Source: an uncultured Solirubrobacterales bacterium (GTDB lineage: Bacteria > Actinomycetota > Thermoleophilia > Solirubrobacterales > JBBDJG01). Taken from it: a stretch of DNA of 64,000 nucleotides. The stretch covers positions 5,479 through 69,478 of the forward strand of contig CAVXJX010000015.1 of the NCBI GenBank assembly GCA_963762195.1. The letters run 5' to 3'. The notes below the pieces were generated by a model that was given only the letters and a program-made list of their open reading frames with translations, made no database searches and was not told where the DNA came from. The position numbers and the translations under genes were made by a program. Positions 59,794 to 64,000 of this stretch are shown piece after piece. Position 1 is the stretch's first letter, and each line of letters starts with the position of its first letter.

Positions 59794-61047
59794 ATGGCGA
59801 AGGTGGCACCACGACACGTAGGCCGGCCGCGGCTGCGCCGCAACCCGCTGCGCTCCGCGACCAGCCCGCCCGCCGTCATTCTCGGCGGAGGCGGCACCGC
59901 GCTCCCCGTGGCGCGCAGCCTCGGGGACGCCGGCATTCCGGTCTATGCGCTCGGGAGCGAGCGTGACCCGGTCCGCCACTCGCGGCGCTGCACGAACTTC
60001 ATCAGCCTCGGGCGTGAGCCGGGCATGCAGGAGCGCTGGCTCGAGTGGCTGCGCAGCGCACCCGCCGGGTCCGTCGTGCTCCCGTGCGAGGACGAGGCGC
60101 TCGATCTGATCGCCCGCAACCGCGGCATGTTGCTCGACCTCGGCCTGGTCCCGTTCGAGGCGAACGACGAGGTGCTGCTCGCGATGCTCGACAAGCACGA
60201 GACCTACCGCCTGTGCGCAAAGCTCGGCATCGAGGCGCCGCTCAGCTTCGAGGTTCACACGGAGGACGACATCGCGCACGCACTCGAGCGGCTCTCGTAC
60301 CCATGTGCGCTGAAGCCGGTCCACTCCCACGAGTTCGTGCGGCACTTTCCCGGTATGAAGGCCTTCGAGGTCAACTCCGATGTCGAAGCGCACAATGCGC
60401 TCTCTCGCACGGTCGCGCTCGGGATCGAGATGATCGCGACCGAGATCATTCCCGGAGCCGACGACCAGTTCTTCTCCTACTACTCGTATCTCGACGAGGA
60501 CGGCCAGCCCCTCCTGCACGTGACCAAGCGCAAGCTGCGCCAGTACCCGATCCGGTTCGGATCCGGGTGCTTCCACACGACGAACTGGGACCCGGAGTCG
60601 GTGGAGCTTGGACTGCGCTTCTTCGAAGGCGTCGGGCTACGCGGCCTCGGGAACGTCGAGTTCAAGCGCGACTCGCGCGACGGGCGCCTGAAGCTGATCG
60701 AGTGCAACCACCGCTTCACCGCGGCCACCGGGCTGCTGCGCGCGGCCGGCGCCGACCTGCCGCTGTTCGTCTACAACAAGCTCACGGATCGTCCGCTGCC
60801 CCAGACCGCGGACTACGACACCGATCTGACGATGTGGTATCCGATGCGTGACGTGCGGGCCTTCTTCGCGTACCGCCGCAGCGGCCAGATGACGTTCCGG
60901 ACCTGGCTGCGCAGCGTCATGCGCCACCACCACTATCCGGTCGGCAGCACCTCTGATGTACGACCCGCGCTCGTGAACTGCCTGCGTGTGGTCAGCCGCC
61001 TGAACGGCCTGCTCGGTCGCACGCGCGCAAAGCGCGCCGTGAGCTGA
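59794..61047 (+). CDS. ATP-grasp carboxylate-amine ligase (D-aspartate ligase-like)
   Basis: RSLG..GI, LDK, YPC.LKP, EIIPG.D, KLRQYP..FG, NVEFKRD.RDG..KLIECN.R. Confidence 0.85.
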   Translation: MAKVAPRHVGRPRLRRNPLRSATSPPAVILGGGGTALPVARSLGDAGIPVYALGSERDPVRHSRRCTNFISLGREPGMQERWLEWLRSAPAGSVVLPCEDEALDLIARNRGMLLDLGLVPFEANDEVLLAMLDKHETYRLCAKLGIEAPLSFEVHTEDDIAHALERLSYPCALKPVHSHEFVRHFPGMKAFEVNSDVEAHNALSRTVALGIEMIATEIIPGADDQFFSYYSYLDEDGQPLLHVTKRKLRQYPIRFGSGCFHTTNWDPESVELGLRFFEGVGLRGLGNVEFKRDSRDGRLKLIECNHRFTAATGLLRAAGADLPLFVYNKLTDRPLPQTADYDTDLTMWYPMRDVRAFFAYRRSGQMTFRTWLRSVMRHHHYPVGSTSDVRPALVNCLRVVSRLNGLLGRTRAKRAVS

Positions 61048-61051
61048 GCCC

Positions 61052-61939
61052 CTACGAAGCCTTGAGCGCGGAGATGTATAGATGCCAGCCGATCCCGGTT
61101 TCCAGCCGCTTGGCCAACGCTGTTGCCGCGAGGCGCTCGCCACCGGGATAGATCCTCAGGTTCAGGTAGCGGGTCTCGGTCGAGACGGCCTGAAACTCAT
61201 GGCACATTTCTCTTGCCTGTCGCCGTGAGAAGACCTTGGACAAAGGGTTTCTGGGCCCGTCGGTGTTGTTCGACAGGAACAGCTGCTTGTCGCGGACGTA
61301 GCCTAGCCCGTGCTGCAGGAGCAATTCCCGCTGGCCGTCCAGAATGGCCTGGTCTTCGCCTAGAAGCCTTGAGAGGACGCGCGCGATCCCGGGCACGAGC
61401 AGGAGCGCAATCAGGGTTCGCCTCAAGACCATGATGTTGACGCGGTAGTTGAGGGAGTCGCGGTGGTAGACCATGGCCAGCATTCTTCCGCCGGGCCGTA
61501 GAACCCGGTGGAACTCGTGAATTGCCTTCTGGGTGTCGGGCACATGGTGGATCACGCCGTGTGAGTAGACGAAATCGAAGGACTCGTCCTCGAACGGGAG
61601 CGCGGTGACCGATCCCTCGACGAACCGACCCTCCTGTCCATCTAGGTCGAACCGATGCGAAGCAAGGGCCAGGGCGCTCGGACTCATGTCGAGGCCTGTG
61701 TAGTGGGCACCTGCGCGAGCGAACTGGATGCCGTCCGTGGCAATCCCACACCCGGTCTCGAGTACGTCGCGGTCCTTCCAGGAGTCGAATTGCGCCAGCT
61801 CAGGCACGTGGGGCTCGAGCTTGTAGCGGTGGGCCTCGACCTCAACGAAGAAGCCTGGCGAGCCGATCTCGGCCGAACTGAAGCGAAACCCTGGCTGGTT
61901 CTGGGACCAGAACTCCGTCCTCTCGTTCACGGATGCCAC
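61052..61939 (-). CDS. Class I SAM-dependent methyltransferase
   Basis: VLETGCG, LPFEDESFDFVYSHGVIHH, RVLRPGG. Confidence 0.88.
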   Translation of the reverse strand: MASVNERTEFWSQNQPGFRFSSAEIGSPGFFVEVEAHRYKLEPHVPELAQFDSWKDRDVLETGCGIATDGIQFARAGAHYTGLDMSPSALALASHRFDLDGQEGRFVEGSVTALPFEDESFDFVYSHGVIHHVPDTQKAIHEFHRVLRPGGRMLAMVYHRDSLNYRVNIMVLRRTLIALLLVPGIARVLSRLLGEDQAILDGQRELLLQHGLGYVRDKQLFLSNNTDGPRNPLSKVFSRRQAREMCHEFQAVSTETRYLNLRIYPGGERLAATALAKRLETGIGWHLYISALKAS

Positions 61940-62030
61940 CGGTCCGACCCTATCCGGATCCCGGGACCACCGCGGCGGCCCGAGGAGCTTGTCGCCCCCC
62001 GGACCGCCGTGTACTGCTCGAAGACGACTT

Positions 62031-63011
62031 CTAGTTCGTGATCAGGTCGAGCACGCCGCGCTCGGCGAGGCGCTTGACCGCCGCCTGTACCTGCTCGGGG
62101 GTCACGCCGTCGTTCTGCAGGCGGTCGGCGACGCCCTGGACGGACCCGCCGCTGAGGCTCTGGAGGACCTTCAGGTCGACGTCCTCCAGCGGCACCGGCG
62201 GTGCGTCCCACACCTCAGCGACACGCGTGTGGTCCCACAGGCGGCTGAACTGCTCGGTGACGGACTCGAAGCGCCGCGCCAGCACGGGCTTCGCGGTCGC
62301 GAGCTGGCCGTTGCCGTTCTGCACGAGCTTCATCGTCTCCTCGCGCCGCTGGTCGGTCGAGGGGTCCTCGCCCAGCGGGTCGGAGTTGAAGTCGTTCAGC
62401 TTCAGGTACAGGTTGCGCGCGTTGGCCGCGTTGTGGCGCACGTGCCAGATCGCGGAACCCTCGAACATGACGACGTCGCCGTCGGTGTCGTGGATCTCGA
62501 CGCGCTCGGCGCCCTTCACGATGTTCTCGGGCCGCTCCTCGAGCGGAATCTCCTTGCGCATGTGCGTCGAGACGTTGAACGGCGTCCGGCCGCGGTCCGT
62601 GTGCGGGTAGAGCACCAGGTAGGAGCCCTCCGGGATCGTGATCGACAGGCCCATCGAGACCTGCGACGCAAACCGGTCCTTGTGCGGCGCCGGCTCGGCG
62701 GGGACGTCGTCGTCGTACGCCTTGATGTGGCGCTCCGACAGGGTCATGGTCTCCCTGTTGAGCCCGCATACGGCTGCGACGGAGTCGAACAGCTCGCCCG
62801 GGAACTCGGTCTCTGAAGGGAACTCGTACAGCGCCTGCTGCTTGTTCCCGCCGATCGTGGCGCCCTCGACCTTGTGGGAGCCGAACTCCTGGTCGATGAA
62901 GCCCTTCAGGGCCGCGAGGAAGTCTGGGTGCTGGCCGTTCTTGATGTGGACCCAGCCGTGCTTTGCGTAGTGCTCGGCGTAGTCGGCGGGGTCGAAGTCG
63001 AACACCTTCAT
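62031..63011 (-). CDS. Putative Fe(II)/2-oxoglutarate-dependent dioxygenase with C-terminal winged-helix-like domain
   Basis: GWVHI start, HKD (HxD), GDVVMF.G..IWH.R; C-terminal LQSL..GSV..VADRL...V.RLAERGVL. Confidence 0.55.
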   Translation of the reverse strand: MKVFDFDPADYAEHYAKHGWVHIKNGQHPDFLAALKGFIDQEFGSHKVEGATIGGNKQQALYEFPSETEFPGELFDSVAAVCGLNRETMTLSERHIKAYDDDVPAEPAPHKDRFASQVSMGLSITIPEGSYLVLYPHTDRGRTPFNVSTHMRKEIPLEERPENIVKGAERVEIHDTDGDVVMFEGSAIWHVRHNAANARNLYLKLNDFNSDPLGEDPSTDQRREETMKLVQNGNGQLATAKPVLARRFESVTEQFSRLWDHTRVAEVWDAPPVPLEDVDLKVLQSLSGGSVQGVADRLQNDGVTPEQVQAAVKRLAERGVLDLITN

Positions 63012-63018
63012 GGTGGGG

Positions 63019-64000
63019 TCATCTCCTTGACTCTTCGAGCAGTCTCCTCAGGATGGGGACCGCTACACGGGTGGCATTTCCTTGATCGGCGACTTGGTAG
63101 TGATAGTGAAGCCCGGGAGTCCCGTTTACCTCGATAATCACGCCGCCACTCTCCTTTAGTGATCGGCTCAAATCGGCGGTTATTAAGTCCACTCCGGCCA
63201 GGCGCACCCCCACTTGCGCTGCGGCCAGGCGGGCTTCCTCGACGAGCTCGGGGGCAACCGGCTCGCGGACCGTCTCGTTGTCCTCGATCCGGTTCTGGCT
63301 GGTGACCGTCTTGACGGCCACGGTCTTGCCCTCGGGCAGCACGGAGCGCAGCGACAGCCCGGCGGCCTCGAGCGCGAACAGGCAGTCCAGGTCGACACGC
63401 AGGATCGGCATCGACACGGGATGCTCGGGGTCCAGGCGCGAGGCGTTCTCGGCCGCGATCAGCTCACGGATCGTGCGGTGCCCGTCACCGGTGACGCGTG
63501 GCGGACGGCGCCGGACCGCGTCCAGCAGCTCGCCGTCGCAGAACAGGAACCGGTACATGTCGCCCTCGGCCTGGCGCTCGATCAGCAGGCGCCGCGCGAC
63601 CCGGGCGCCGCGCAGGCGCGCGCGCAGCAGCTGCTCGCGCGTGCGCACGCCCGTCGTGGTGCCCGAGCCCGAGGCGCCGCCGGTCGGCTTCACGACGCAC
63701 GCGGCATCGGTCTGGGCCATGAAGTCGATCGCGCCGTCGAGCCGGCCCGCGTCGAACTCGTGGTGCTCGGGCAGCGGCAGCCCGGCCGCGCTCAGCATTT
63801 CGTGCACCGCCAGCTTGTCGAGCGCGAGGCGCAACGTGACCGCGTCGTCGAGCGGCACCCAATGGCGCCAGACCCGGGCGCTCGCGCCGTTGGAGCGCAG
63901 CTCGAAGAACTCGCCGGTCACAACGGACAGCTCGGCGCCGACCGTGTCGGCCGCCTCCTGCCAGATCACGCGGTAGGCCGACTTGCTGGGATCGGCGGCG
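63019..64000 (-). CDS. Cyanophycin synthetase-like ATP-grasp ligase; 5' end beyond the window
   Basis: DK....L..AGLP.P, VVKP..G.SG.G, LIERQ.EG..YR, V.GDG..TI.ELI..EN, GVDLI, IEVNGTPGL. Confidence 0.82.
   Translation of the reverse strand, partial: AADPSKSAYRVIWQEAADTVGAELSVVTGEFFELRSNGASARVWRHWVPLDDAVTLRLALDKLAVHEMLSAAGLPLPEHHEFDAGRLDGAIDFMAQTDAACVVKPTGGASGSGTTTGVRTREQLLRARLRGARVARRLLIERQAEGDMYRFLFCDGELLDAVRRRPPRVTGDGHRTIRELIAAENASRLDPEHPVSMPILRVDLDCLFALEAAGLSLRSVLPEGKTVAVKTVTSQNRIEDNETVREPVAPELVEEARLAAAQVGVRLAGVDLITADLSRSLKESGGVIIEVNGTPGLHYHYQVADQGNATRVAVPILRRLLEESRR

Noticed and set aside
1-64000. tRNA, rRNA, integrase, transposase or prophage genes
   Set aside because: None recognised on either strand.

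Overview
High-GC (about 70% by eye) actinobacterial DNA. Gene style and content suggest Thermoleophilia/Solirubrobacterales (inference). About half of the genes carry single-base indels, including core genes such as nuoL/M/N and thyX, so this looks like an unpolished long-read assembly rather than a set of pseudogenes. From left to right: a Nei-type glycosylase with a LexA-like box; a basic helical protein followed by a structured RNA candidate; ferritin-like, Mrp/ApbC, phosphoesterase, ferredoxin, SDR and CBS genes; an ECF-sigma module (9.0-13.9 kb); two TolB/PD40 proteins flanking acs; an amidohydrolase; thyX; a complete nuoA-N operon; a flavin reductase; cytochrome c; serS; and a roughly 23-kb exopolysaccharide locus with unusual tailoring genes running off the right edge. 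The best candidate for a new system is the ECF module. It contains two separate 18-nt minus-strand genes (8994-9011 and 9171-9188) that both encode the pentapeptide MGYRH, differ by one synonymous base and match the biarylitide precursor motif MxYxH. Each has its own RBS, a downstream hairpin and an identical ECF-type promoter (GGAAGA-N16-CGTCTGRTGGTCG). A third copy of that promoter lies in the 3' end of the ECF sigma gene, ahead of a small protein, an adenylate cyclase-STAND ATPase-TPR protein and a cyclodeaminase-like protein. I found no P450 in the window. Also notable is a dispersed (CAGTTACG)n repeat family whose flanks show strand-biased wobble-position substitutions.
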